A DNA stretch of 63,328 bases, filler included, from Octopus bimaculoides (taxonomy: Eukaryota), in assembly GCF_001194135.2 (NCBI RefSeq). It is 7 parts of 6 records of this genome, joined end to end, with 100 filler letters (N's around TTAATTAATTAA, not from the genome) between each part and the next. Parts side by side here need not be neighbours in the genome. Positions count along the whole stretch, not along the records: positions 21,045 to 30,144 come from NC_068996.1; positions 30,245 to 31,293 come from NW_026331341.1; positions 31,394 to 39,786 come from NC_069006.1; 4 more parts are not named here. One strand, given 5' to 3'. Position numbers and translations under genes: made by a program. This document shows positions 24,500 through 36,127 of the stretch, in pieces (within the stretch, counting starts at the first letter, position 1; each line of letters opens with the position of its first letter). The notes beneath the pieces were generated by a model. The model worked only from the letters and a program-made list of their open reading frames with translations. It was not told the origin of the DNA and ran no database searches.

Positions 24500-26580
24500 T
24501 TCTATTTTCTGCCATCCTTTATGGCCTTGGTGTGTTTGACTTTCTCATCTTCAGACAAAATCAACATGATGATTGCTCTTGCCTTTGTGGCTTTAAATTT
24601 TTCCGTCACTGATTAAATTAGTAGGCGGAGCTTAGAGGTCTTGCTGGACAGATTGACTGAGCTGAAAAATGGGGGAATGCTCAGTTACCATCACATGAAT
24701 TTATTGCACAGCCTATCCATTGCCTCTACTCGAGTCAAGGCAAAGTCTGAAGCAAAAATGGTCACCGTAGTCTAGGTATGATGCAATACCGGAAGCACAA
24801 TACTTTGAATCTCCCAAGAAGCTGGTTTCTATCAAATGCCCGTAGCTTGTTGTCTAGTGGAGTTTTGGTGTCTTCGGCAATGTCAATATCCTTAAGGGTA
24901 TGATCATAATTTTTCTCAAGGCAATCTTTTTCATTGGATTGTCGAAAACCCAGATCCCTGAATGCTGAAGGTGTCATTTGTCAGCTTTCCTTTAAGAATA
25001 TTCAGGTTCTGAGATTCCACTGGATTGAACTTCAGCCGTGACCATGTGGCCATCTTTTCCAGCGAGTTCAGTGTCCGCTATGTTCCTTCGATTGATGGTG
25101 TCATAACTGTTATGTCGTCCATGAACACTCTGGTTTCCGTCAGTTTCGGGATCTCTCGATTGCTTCCCTCCTATCTCTAGTAAAAGGCTCATGGCTGTCA
25201 CAAATAGCACCACCGAAATTGTGCACTCTGCTATAATGCCCTTTTCCAATCGTTGACATTTAGAGGTGAAATTTTCCACGCTAATCCTTATCTTCAGCGA
25301 AACCAAGTGGGACACTATGAGTTCGACTACTTCTGTTGGTACTTGGTAGTACTTCAATGCACTGTTGACTAGCTGGTGTGGCACATTTGTGTACGCTTTG
25401 GTAAGATCCAGCCATACATGGGAGAGTGAGTCGTTCTTCCTTACTTCTTTAATGACATGGCTGATTGCTGATGTTTGTTCGAGGCATCAAAAGTAGCCTG
25501 GGACCCCTCCTTTCTGGACACTCGTGTCAATGAGATGTGATACTTACATTTGACAACGAAGGTCCAAAAGACCTTCCTCTAAACGCCCAGAAGATAGATT
25601 TCTCGAAACTGATCAAACCCTGCTGAGTTTTTTTCTTTTGGGACTAAACAATCCTCAGCGAGTGTCCAGAGCTAGCGTTCCTGCTTCTTCCAGATCAAAT
25701 GTAAAAGTCTTGCTAGCATCCTTAAAGGTAGTGGGCAATTTTGTAAATTCTATACGTGGTGCCAGAGGTCCTTGGAACAGATGCTGCACGAGCTTTTGTC
25801 AATATCGCCCTCACTTCATCGAAAGTGAAGTCTGCCATGTCGAAGGGGATGTGGAGTTTGAGCTCTGGCAGTGGAGAGGGATAATCCCCCAATAGAATGT
25901 TTCTATTCTGCTCTCCACCTTTTCTTTTGAGTATATTAATCTTTCACTTTTTGGCTTTCCAAGGAGGTCAACTATGAACTGAAAGAGGTTCTTAAAAAAA
26001 GCTTTCCATTGCGTTCGCTTTCCTGTTTTTCTGATGTGACTTTGCTCTGCAAAGCCGGAACGGGTTACTTCGTAATTCCATGATAAGTTGATTTAAGGTC
26101 ACTTTTCTTTCGTCTTCCGCTTCTTTCCTCCGTTTCTTCAGTTGCCTTAGCTCTTTCTTAATCCTACCATCTGATGCTGCCTTCTAATAGGGACGTTCTT
26201 TTTGTTGCTTTTCCTTTCCTTCACACCAAAGTATCTTGGTACGCCTGGTGTACCACTTCATGGTTCTTATCTTCCTGGTAGCGTCCCCTTCAGAATGTCG
26301 TCCAAGACGAGGCTCAAGCCCTTGCCCAACTGGGCCAATCTCGGATTTGTCACCGGTGTCAAATTCAGCCATGGCTGCTTCTCGAAAGGCACCAACCGTT
26401 ATGCCTGCAACACCAAGGCCGAGCTGATGGACAAGATCAAATAGGTGTTCGAAGCTATTCTCTGGGTCACGATGAGGAACGCATATATCTGGTTCTGAAG
26501 CTGTCTTGAGGTCATGGTGGAATCTGAGGGTAGTTACTTTGATTAAATTGTTATCTCCCAGCCATAATCTAGTTGGCATT
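24500..26580 (-). mobile_element. HERO-like (R2-superfamily) non-LTR retrotransposon, decayed N-terminus and RT
   Basis: RIKKELRQLKKRRK; IDTSVQKGGVPG..CLEQTSAI..VWLDLTKAY..VPHQLV..ALKYYQVP; RLEKGIIAECTISVVLF..AMSL. These match HERO-clade RT motifs as I recall them; many frameshifts. Confidence 0.8.
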
Positions 26581-26694
26581 TTTTTTTGATTTTTAAAAAA
26601 ATACTTTTTCTTTTATGCAAAATATCAAATTCAAACAAAATACTCTGTGTGAATGTAAAATTCTTTTGTGACCAATGAAGAAATTCTTTTTGTT

Positions 26695-26800
26695 TTCGCT
26701 GTTGTTGTTGTTGTTGTTGTTGTTCTTCTTCTTCTTATTCTTCTTCTTCTTCTTCTTCTTCTTCTTCTTCTTCTTCTTCTTCTTCTTCCTCCTCCTGTTG

Positions 26801-26862
<62 letters not shown>

Positions 26863-26895
26863 GCTACTACAACCGTCGCCACTGCTGCTGCTGTA
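26695..26895. repeat. Compound trinucleotide array (GTT)n(CTT)n(CCT)n(CTA)n
   Basis: Directly visible; it produces the poly-L/F/T/R ORFs in the track. Confidence 0.97.
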
Positions 26896-26904
26896 TTTCG
26901 CTGC

Positions 26905-27393
26905 CCTCCTTCAATCGGGCAGGCAAGACAGATTTCCTTTGCCTGATGGTTGTGGCGAAAGGGGTTGTCTGGTGGACAAAGCTGAACGATACATTCCTTT
27001 TTGGTAGAAATCTAATTGACTCCTTCAAGTTTCACATGAAAAATAAATTGAGGGTTGAGAGGGAAGTGCTGTCCTCCAGTGAGTTTATTGAAAGGCGGGT
27101 GAAAGTTACGAAAATGGCAAGAGTGGAGCTGCCTCTTTAAGTATAGACCTGATAGTCGGAGAAAGGGAATTGGAAAGGGGTACCTCGAATATCCTGTATC
27201 AGGAAGGCTACATCATTATCATCCCCACTTTTTTTAGCCTTTGCGTACTATGTATATTTCTCTTCCTCTTCATTGTATACCGTCTATACTTACTCCTTTT
27301 TGTTGTTTATTTATTTATTCATTTATTTTGTTATTTCATTATATGTAACCCCAACACTTTGTATTGCCCCACTCATCCTTCGCCCTGATGGCA

Positions 27394-27395
<2 letters not shown>
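26905..27395 (+). mobile_element. L1/Tx1-like LINE 3' end (ORF2 C-terminus plus T-rich 3' UTR)
   Basis: FLCLMVVAKGVVWWTKL..FKFHMKNKLRVERE..EFIERR resembles the Tx1-type ORF2 C-terminus; followed by a T-rich UTR and (AAT)n. Confidence 0.6.
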
Positions 27396-27443
<48 letters not shown>

Positions 27444-27469
27444 TAATGATGATGATGATGATGATGATG

Positions 27470-27513
<44 letters not shown>

Positions 27514-27538
27514 AATAATAATAATAATTATTATTATT

Positions 27539-27762
27539 AAGGCGGCGAGCTGGCAGAACCTTTAACACTCCGGGTAAGATGTTGTATTTAGCGGTATTTC
27601 GTCTGCCGCTGCGTTCTGATTTCAAATTCCATCGAGGTCGACTTTACCTTTCATCCTTTCGGGATCGATAAAATAAGTATCAGTTGAGCATTGGGGTTGG
27701 TGTAATCGAGTCATCCTTTCCCCCAAAACTGCTGCCCTTGTGGCAAAATTTGAAACCATTAT
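27539..27762 (+). mobile_element. tRNA-like SINE family A with (ATT)n tail (well-preserved copy)
   Basis: A-box-like gctggcagaa, B-box-like ttcaaattcc, conserved cctttcatcctttcgggatcgataaaataagta core, end aaaatttgaaacc+(ATT)n. Other copies at ~609-812(+), 1380-1500(-), 24340-24472(-), 43805-43985(+), 51240-51425(+). Confidence 0.88.
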
Positions 27763-27799
27763 TATTATTATTTGATGAAAACCATTATTATTATTATTA

Positions 27800-28725
27800 T
27801 TATTTGCTGGGTATGGTGGAAAGTATCAGCTGTCCACAGCCAGTAGACTAAGGTGACATTTGTTTACTTGTCATGCTCGAAGAATCCCGCGAAGAATTCT
27901 TGCAGTTCCAAGCAATGCTGATTTTCGTAGGTGTTCTACCTTTACATTTGTACCAATCTTTTGGAGCCCTGTTGATAGTTGGGTGCTGACACTTCCAGGT
28001 GCGTCAATTAGTATCGGTATCACTTCTACTCTCCTCATTGACCACAACCTTCGTATTTCCCACTTTAAGTCGTTGTAGTTGTGCAGTTTTTCTTCTTTCT
28101 CTTTGATCATGTTGCCACTGGGACATGCTACGTCGATTACCATGCATGTTCTTTCTGATGACAAAGATCTCCCAAAGTCTCTTCTCACGATACTTAACAT
28201 CTAGGTACCAATCTCCTCACTCTCCTCAATAAATCTGAGTATGTTCTGCGCTCATGTCAATTACAATTTCTCCAACAAATTTCTCAAATCTGGTTGTTAA
28301 TGCTCCCAATGCCTCAACAACTAACGAGATGACAGTTACTTTTCCGTTGTCTACATTCGTGCAATCTCATCTTGTACTTCTCAATCTTTTCCAGTTCTTT
28401 ATCAGTCACGCGTATTGCCATCCCCAGGTATCGCAATATCTATGATCTTGGTTTCCTTCATCATTTTATCTACTACAGCAATGTCTGATCTCCGAGCATC
28501 AATCACCGAATCACACTGGTTTGTAAAATCCCTCAAGATTTTAACCTCATTATTCTCGGTGATACCTTCTGGTTTATGCTCGTACCAATTCAATTTTATC
28601 TGCTACAACAATGTCTGGTCTCCGAAAACCAATCACTTAATCACGCTGGACTGTCAAATAACTCAGGATTTTATACTCATTATTCTCAGTAAAGCCTTCT
28701 GGTTTCAATGTCCTTTTAATTATTA
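27800..28725 (-). mobile_element. Stacked R4/Dong-like LINE 3' fragments (RLE domain)
   Basis: HKPEGITENNEVKILRDF..RRSDIAVVD..IIDIAIPGD (28400-28590), a diverged duplicate of that segment (28600-28710), and VIDVACP..KLHNYNDLKWEIRRLWS..IP..KSALLGTARILRGIL (27871-28170). Confidence 0.88.
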
Positions 28726-29263
28726 TTATTGCTAATCGTAACTCGTCGCTACACCGCCGAGTAACGACGTAGTCAAGATGAAATAGATCCTTCAGCAGAA
28801 ACATAATACAACGATCACATTGATATACTCAACTACCAAACCTGCTTTTTTTCTTGAGGCAGATTTTAATTCGATATTTCACACACACGATCATCATCAT
28901 CGTAATCATCATCAACATCAACAACGACGACAACGACAGCAAGAACAAGAACAACAACAACAATAACAACAACCTGTCATTATAGTGAACGTCATTTTTT
29001 AAAGTCTGTGTTGCTTTCTCTGTATGCTGAAAGACGTACAGAAACGCACGCACACATACACACATACACACACGCGCACGCCCACACAGATACATACACG
29101 CACACACACAAACAGATGCATGCACACATACACACACACAAGCAGCCAAGAGAAAGTTAACTATGTATAATATATATACATGTGGTTATTTTTTTGAAGC
29201 CTGTGTCACGTTGTGTTGACAAACTTGCACTTAAAAATTTGTTAGTAGCTACTGTGACAATAC

Positions 29264-29498
29264 TACCTACCTACCTACCTACCTACCTACCTGCCTGGCT
29301 GCCTGCCTGGCTGCCTGCCTGGCTGCCTGCCTGGCTGCCTGCCTGGCTGCCTGCCTGGCTGCCTGCCTGGCTGCCTGCCTGGCTGCCTGCCTGGCTGCCT
29401 GCCTGGCTGCCTGCCTGGCTGGCTGCCTGGCTGCCTGGCTGCCTGGCTGCCTGGCTGCCTGGCTGCCTGGCTGCCTGCCTGCCTGCCTGCCTGCCTGC

Positions 29499-29568
<70 letters not shown>

Positions 29569-29585
29569 CAGTCTGTCTGTCTATC
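29264..29585. repeat. Compound tetranucleotide array with a 12-bp higher-order unit (GCCTGGCTGCCT)n
   Basis: (CTAC)n, then 12-mer and 8-mer CTGC/CTGG arrays, then (CTAT)n. Confidence 0.95.
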
Positions 29586-29759
29586 TATTATAAACACACT
29601 CTTTCACTCACTCACTGTATTTCTCTCTCAACAACTTTTCCTCTTCACCTTCTAAATATATGTTGTAAAAGGGATTATCTCCCATTTTGATCTCTCCCCT
29701 TCTTCCCTTCATCTAATACATGTCGTGACAGATGGAGATCAATTTCTCATTTTTATAAG

Positions 29760-30144
29760 ATTATTATTACTATTATTGTTTTATGTTTGACTTTTGTTTT
29801 GCATTTGTACAAGTTGGATCCAACTCTCACCCAGAGACCTCAAGAGACAACAAGTTAGAAGTTCATGTAGGTGTTATGCCTAGGGTACCATATATTTGGA
29901 TTTGTACAGTGTTGTTCTAGTGAAGGTTTAAGAAACCATAAGAAAATTATGTGTTTGCTTTAAAATTTGAGATCACATAGACAGTATTTTACGTAGGATA
30001 TGTGCAGTTCCCATGAGCACTATCTTTTGAACTTCAGCCATTTTAGGGTTTCCTGGTATCTGAGCTAGGTAGTAATCAGCCCGTTTCGCTGTCATTCCCA
30101 GGGCACCTATGACAATAGGTATTGTTTTCATCTTCAGATTCCAC
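29760..30144 (-). mobile_element. R4/Dong-like LINE 3' end
   Basis: WNLKMKTIPIVIGALGM..AEVQKIVLMGTAHILRKILSM*, then a 3' UTR ending in (TAA)-like repeats. Confidence 0.87.
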
Positions 30145-30410
30145 NNNNNNNNNNNNNNNNNNNNNNNNNNNNNNNNNNNNNNNNNNNNTTAATTAATTAA
30201 NNNNNNNNNNNNNNNNNNNNNNNNNNNNNNNNNNNNNNNNNNNNATGTTGGCTACTTTAAGGCACAAATATTCTCAAGTTTCACAGGTCCCACTAAATGG
30301 TAAAAGTTGATCAATGGTAAAAGTTTGTAATGTCTCAGTCCATTAAAATATTTGATTATCCGGAATGAATATTGAAGAAGTAGAGATAATACACGATAAA
30401 GATCCTAACA

Positions 30411-31293
30411 ACAATTAGACATTTTCACCCAAAAATCTATACCAAAGTACGTATGTACGAACGTACGTACATACTTACGTAAGTACTTACGTACACGCAT
30501 ACAAACCTACGTACGTGCATACATACCTATGTACGTACGTACATAACTACGTACATACATACCTACGTACGTACATATAAACATACATGCGTACGTACAT
30601 ACGTACGTACCAATGTACATACGTACGAACATACATACATACGTACGTACGTATATACCTACGTACATACGTACATACGTATGTATGCACGTACGTACGT
30701 ATTTATGCACATACATACGTACGTACTTAGGTATAGATTTTTGGGTAAAATGTCAAATTGTCAGGGAGGTAAGGAGGTAAGGGACGCAGGTACGTACGTA
30801 GGTACGTAGGGACGTACATACGCATGTACGTAGGTACGTAGGAACGTAGGTACGTCGGTACGTACGTATGTACGTACGTAGGTATGTTTGTACGTACGTA
30901 GGTATGTTTGTACGTACGTACGTACATAACTCTGTATGCACGTACGTACGTAGGTATGTTTGTACCGACGTACCTACGTAGTTAAGTTTGTACGTACGTA
31001 AGTAGGTATGTATGTACGTACGTACGTACAAAGGTATGTATGTACATACGTTCGTACGTAGGTATGTATATACGTACGTATGTACGTAGGTATGTATATA
31101 TGTAAGTAGGTAAGTATGTACGGACGGACGTACGTAGGTATGTATGTACGTACGTAGGTATGTATACACGGACGTATGTACATAGGTATGTATGTAAGTA
31201 CGTACATACGTAGGTATGTACTACGTACGTAAGTATCTATGTACGTACGTACGTAGGTATGCATGTACATAAGTACGTACGTAGGTATGTAGG
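30411..31293. repeat. Degenerate (TACG/TACA/TAGG)n field; left part bounded by ~40-bp inverted repeats (30411-30450, 30723-30761)
   Basis: acaattagacattttcacccaaaaatctataccaaagtac versus the reverse complement acaatttgacattttacccaaaaatctatacctaagtac. Confidence 0.88.
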
Positions 31294-31761
31294 NNNNNNN
31301 NNNNNNNNNNNNNNNNNNNNNNNNNNNNNNNNNNNNNTTAATTAATTAANNNNNNNNNNNNNNNNNNNNNNNNNNNNNNNNNNNNNNNNNNNNACCCTTA
31401 TACACACACATAAATATGGGCTAACATATATACACACACTCACACAGATAGACACACATACACACTCACACACACACGCAGATATGGAGACACAGATAGA
31501 CACACATACACACACACACAGATAGACACACATATACACACACATAAATGCTGACACACTTACATGCAGATACACTCATGTACACACACATATGTACATA
31601 CTTGTATAGACACACACTTGTACACAACACAGGTACATACACACACACACCCAAGGACACGTGTTCAGCCACGCATATATGCAGACACACACAAACATAA
31701 ATACTCACACACATACACACACAGATACTCACACACACACACACACACACACACAGATACT

Positions 31762-31792
<31 letters not shown>

Positions 31793-31883
31793 ACAGATGT
31801 ACATGCATACAAATATGATGACACATTAATGTACATATACACAGAACAGACAGACAGCTACTGATCAGACACACACATGTACA

Positions 31884-32235
31884 CATGAGGGGGTACCCAA
31901 AAGTAACCAGAAACGATATCTGTAGAACAAGCCCATTGTAGTTCAGATCACTTGATGCAACCCTCAGGCATCAGTCTGCCAACCGGCATCTTCAAGTGTC
32001 GTCATACTACCACATAGTGTATCTTTGTTTTGCAGTGTTTCTCCCCTGTTCATCAACTTTTTGCAATGGCTGAAAGGAAGGGACAGTGTGCTTCCATGAA
32101 ATTCTGTTTTCTGCTGGGGAAAATGGTGGCTGAAATAGTTGCCATGCTTCAAACAACTTACAAGGATGCTGCCATGAGTAAAACACAGGTTTATGAGTGG
32201 TTTTTACATTTCAGGAATGGTCGCTTGTTGCCAAC
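31884..32235 (+). mobile_element. mariner transposon 5' fragment (TIR-like start plus HTH N-terminus)
   Basis: atgagggggtacccaaaagt terminus; QCASMKFCFLLGKMVAEIVAMLQTTYKDAAMSKTQVYEWFLHFRNGR is the mariner paired-like HTH. Confidence 0.85.
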
Positions 32236-32709
32236 CTCGTTCAGGGCGACCATTCACCTCCCAAACGAATACAGACACACAACCACACACACATATACAC
32301 ACACACACACACACCCAATGTCAAATCAGACTGGAGTCTGCTGCAGCTCCCCAGCTTGCGAGTTCTGGTCAAACTGTCCAACCCATGCCAGCATGGACAA
32401 CAGATGTTAAATGATGACGACGATGANNNNNNNNNNNNNNNNNNNNNNNNNNNNNNNNNNNNNNNNNNNNNNNNNNNNNNNNNNNNNNNNNNNNNNNNNN
32501 NNNNNNNNNNNNNNNNNNNNNNNNNNNNNNNNNNNNNNNNNNNNNNNNNNNNNNNNNNNNNNNNNNNNNNNNNNNNNNNNNNNNNNNNNNNNNNNNNNNN
32601 NNNNNNNNNNNNNNNNNNNNNNNNNNNNNNNNNNNNNNNNNNNNNNNNNNNNNNNNNNNNNNNNNNNNNNNNNNNNNNNNNNNNNNNNNNNNNNNNNNNN
32701 AATAATAAT

Positions 32710-32923
32710 CCTTTCTACAAAAGGCACAAACCCTGAAATTTTCGTAGGAGGGGACTAACTGTTTGCATTGACCCCAGTCTTTTACTAGTATTTAATTTAT
32801 CGACCCTGAAAAGATGAAAGGCAAAATTGACCTTGGTGGAATTTGAACTCAGAACATAACTGCAGGTGAAATACTGTTTAAGCAGTTCGTCCCGTGTGCT
32901 AATGATTCTGCCAGCTCACCACC

Positions 32924-32959
<36 letters not shown>

Positions 32960-33190
32960 TTAAATAATAATAATAATGGTTTCAAATTTTGCCACAAGGA
33001 CTGTAATTTGAGGGGAGGGGATGAGTTGATTACGTTGATCCCCAGTGTTTAACTGGTACTTATTTTATCGACCTTGAAAGGATGAAAGGTAAAGTCGACC
33101 TCGGCAGAATTTGAACTCAGAACGTAGTGACGGGTGAAATGCTACTAAGCATTTCATCTAGCGTGCTAACAATTCTGCCAGCTCACCACC

Positions 33191-33266
<76 letters not shown>

Positions 33267-33470
33267 TGATGATAATAATGGGCTTCAAATTTTGCCACAA
33301 GTACTCAACTAGTACTTAATATATTGACCCTGAAAGGATGAATTTATCAACCCTGAAAGGATGAAAGGTAAAGTCGACCTCAGCAGAATTTGAACTCAGA
33401 ACGTAGCAACAGGCAAGATACCACGAAGTATTTCATCCAGCATGTTAACAATTCTACCAGCTTTCCACCT
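32710..33470 (-). mobile_element. Tandem cluster of three family-A SINEs separated by (AAT)n
   Basis: Three successive copies of gaaaggatgaaaggtaaagtcgacctc..gaatttgaactcagaac..ctgccagctcacc. Confidence 0.88.
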
Positions 33471-33479
33471 AACTCTTGG

Positions 33480-34330
33480 TATTGTAGCACCTGCAGGTCT
33501 CCATAAATTCTTCTTTCAGGCTGCTGATGGGAACCATCCTCAAGTTCTACCCATACAGAGCAATGTTACTCAGGCTCTGGATGAAGGTGCATGGCTCAGT
33601 TGTTAGAGCATTGGGCTCACAATCTTGAGGTAGTGAGTTCAATTCCTAGACTAGGCTGTGTGTTGTGATCTTGAGCAAGACACTTTATTTCTCATCACTG
33701 AAGTTCACTCAGCTGTAGAAATGAGTTGCGACATCACAGGTGCCAAGCTGTATCGGCCCCTTTACCTTTCCCTTGGATAACATCGGTGGCATGGAGAGAG
33801 GAGGCTGGTATTCATGGGCGACTGCTGGTCTTCCATAAATAACTTTTGCTCAGATTTGTGCCTCAGAGGGGAGCTTTCTAGGTGCAATCCCATGATCATT
33901 TATGACAAAAGGGGTCTTTACCCCTTACTCAGGTTCTGAGGGTAACCTCAGTCACTTCTACATGAACCTGCTAACCCTCTTCTCAAAGTCCTCAACCGAG
34001 CATATTATGACTCCCATAGACCAAGAGGGGCCAGGGAATCTCTAGGAGGGTGACATGTTGGTAAATTCAAGCTCTAGCCTTTCCAGATTGGTTTGACTCC
34101 TCTACTGCATTTATCCACATTCCCAACTCTTGAAGGATTCTTCAGATGAAGACCATGTCTCTTGACAGCAATGAAACACCATACCAAAGATCTTCAGTTG
34201 TTTCTTGGTGATGAATGGTATCTCTGGGTTTCCGGTCATTAAGCAGAACTTGTTGCCAATCCTGAATCCTGACTTCTTTCAGCACTGACCAGATCAATGT
34301 AATGGGTCTACAAGAAGTAGCAAAATGGTG
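33480..34330 (-). mobile_element. HERO-like LINE fragment (post-RT region) interrupted by a SINE
   Basis: SVEDFEKRVSRFM*K*LRLP on one side of the SINE continues as SLSNIALYG..SSLKEEF on the other. Confidence 0.7.
33580..33924 (+). mobile_element. tRNA-derived SINE family C with a 14-bp target-site duplication
   Basis: Head ggtgcatggctcagttgttagagc...gagttcaattcc; TSD ttactcagg(c/t)tctg at 33566-33579 and 33925-33938. A second copy lies at ~38945-39265 and a partial one at ~35205-35345. Confidence 0.88.
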
Positions 34331-34846
34331 GGCGAACTATTGAAGAGTTTTGATGAGTCAGGTTCCATCAGCAGAGCGGTGGACGCTGGGGGGGGGTATA
34401 GGAGGGGAATGAAGGGGGAAGATGTGTGGCAGGGTGGGGAGGGTGTTGTTTGCTNNNNNNNNNNNNNNNNNNNNNNNNNNNNNNNNNNNNNNNNNNNNNN
34501 NNNNNNNNNNNNNNNNNNNNNNNNNNNNNNNNNNNNNNNNNNNNNNNNNNNNNNNNNNNNNNNNNNNNNNNNNNNNNNNNNNNNNNNNNNNNNNNNNNNN
34601 NNNNNNNNNNNNNNNNNNNNNNNNNNNNNNNNNNNNNNNNNNNNNNNNNNNNNNNNNNNNNNNNNNNNNNNNNNNNNNNNNNNNNNNNNNNNNNNNNNNN
34701 NNNNNNNNNNNNNNNNNNNNNNNNNNNNNNNNNNNNNNNNNNNNNNNNNNNNNNNNNNNNNNNNNNNNNNNNNTATGTGTGTGTGTGCATATCTATGTAT
34801 GTAGATATGTATCTACATATATATCTTAGTGTATATGTATATGCAA

Positions 34847-34916
<70 letters not shown>

Positions 34917-35034
34917 GCACACACATGTGTATACATATATAAATGTATGTATAAAAGTATAAATATCTATGTACATATATGTATATGAGAGTGTGAGTGT
35001 GTGTTTGTGTGTGTTTGTATATATATGTATATAT

Positions 35035-35190
35035 GTATATAATCCTCCTTCATATATATATGTATATAATTCTCCTTCCNNNNNNNNNNTGTATATAATC
35101 CTCCTTCATATATATATGTATATAATTCTCCTTCATATATATATGTATATAATCCTCCTTCATATATATATGTATATAATTCTCCTTCCT
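35035..35190. repeat. 27-bp minisatellite gtatataat(c/t)ctccttcatatatatat, about 5 copies
   Basis: Directly visible; interrupted by 10 N. Confidence 0.9.
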
Positions 35191-35879
35191 ATGTATACAT
35201 ACATACAGGCCCATAGCCTAACAACTAGGGTGTTGGACTCCCAAGTGTAGGGTTCAATTCTTAGAGCTGGCAGTGCGGTGTGTCTTTGACCAAGAGTCAT
35301 CTTGTAACATTGCTCAAGTCAGCTCTAGTGAAAATGAGTACCTAACTTTCTTTTCCCCCAGTGTCACACCTTGAATGCTCAGCTGGAAAAAGGGTGGATT
35401 GGGGGTCTACCTGCAACGGAGTACTTAGTGAAGTATTACAGCAATTTGCAAAAATGTATCACAAACTATCTTGTTATACAGTCATACTTGCTTCATGGTT
35501 ATAACTAAGCTTGCGTGCATGTACGTATGTGCGAGTGTGCGTGTGTGTGTGAGTGCTTATGTTAATGTGTGTGTATGTGTGAGTGTGTGTGCATATGAGT
35601 GTGTGCGTGTGTATAGGTGAGTGCATGTGTGTGTTGTGTGTGTTTGTGTGAGTGTGTGTGTGCACGAGTGTGTTTGTGTGTGTGTGTGAGTGCTTATGCT
35701 AATGTGTGTGTGTGTGTGAGTCTGGGTGCATATGAGTGTGTGCGTGTGTATGTGTGAGTGCATGTGCATGTGTGTGTGGGCGAGTGTGTGTATGTGTTAA
35801 TCTGTGTGTGTGTGTGTGTATGTGTTTGTGTGAAGGTGTGTATGTCTGAGTGTGTGTATGTGTGCATAAAGAAGTGCCA

Positions 35880-36127
35880 AGCTCTAACTGTGGAGGAGGG
35901 TTGACCCAGGAAGACGCGAGACAAAGTGGTAAGAAAGGATCTTCAGACACTGGGCCTCACTTAAGAAAATGGCAAGGGACCAGGAGTTGTGGCGATTTTG
36001 CTGTTTTTGAGAAGACACATCAATCTGAGTAAAACTGTGGTAATCTACACACACAGGCTTGTCCTTCAGAGGTACCAGTACCATGTAAAATGCACTCACG
36101 CTAGTGGTGTTTAAATGCACCCATGCC
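35880..36127 (+). mobile_element. RTE-like LINE 3' fragment
   Basis: Aligns by eye with 51430-51660 (GR..KT..VV.KDL..LGL..RDxE.WRF). Confidence 0.75.

Noticed and set aside
20480-27395. Tx1-like 5' piece (20.5-20.9 kb) and 3' piece (26.9-27.4 kb) as one interrupted element
   Set aside because: An artificial linker separates them and none of the ORF2 body is visible between.
33585-33650. tRNA-like sequences here and at 38.2, 44.2 and 57.4 kb as tRNA genes
   Set aside because: They lack complete cloverleafs and continue into repeated SINE bodies.
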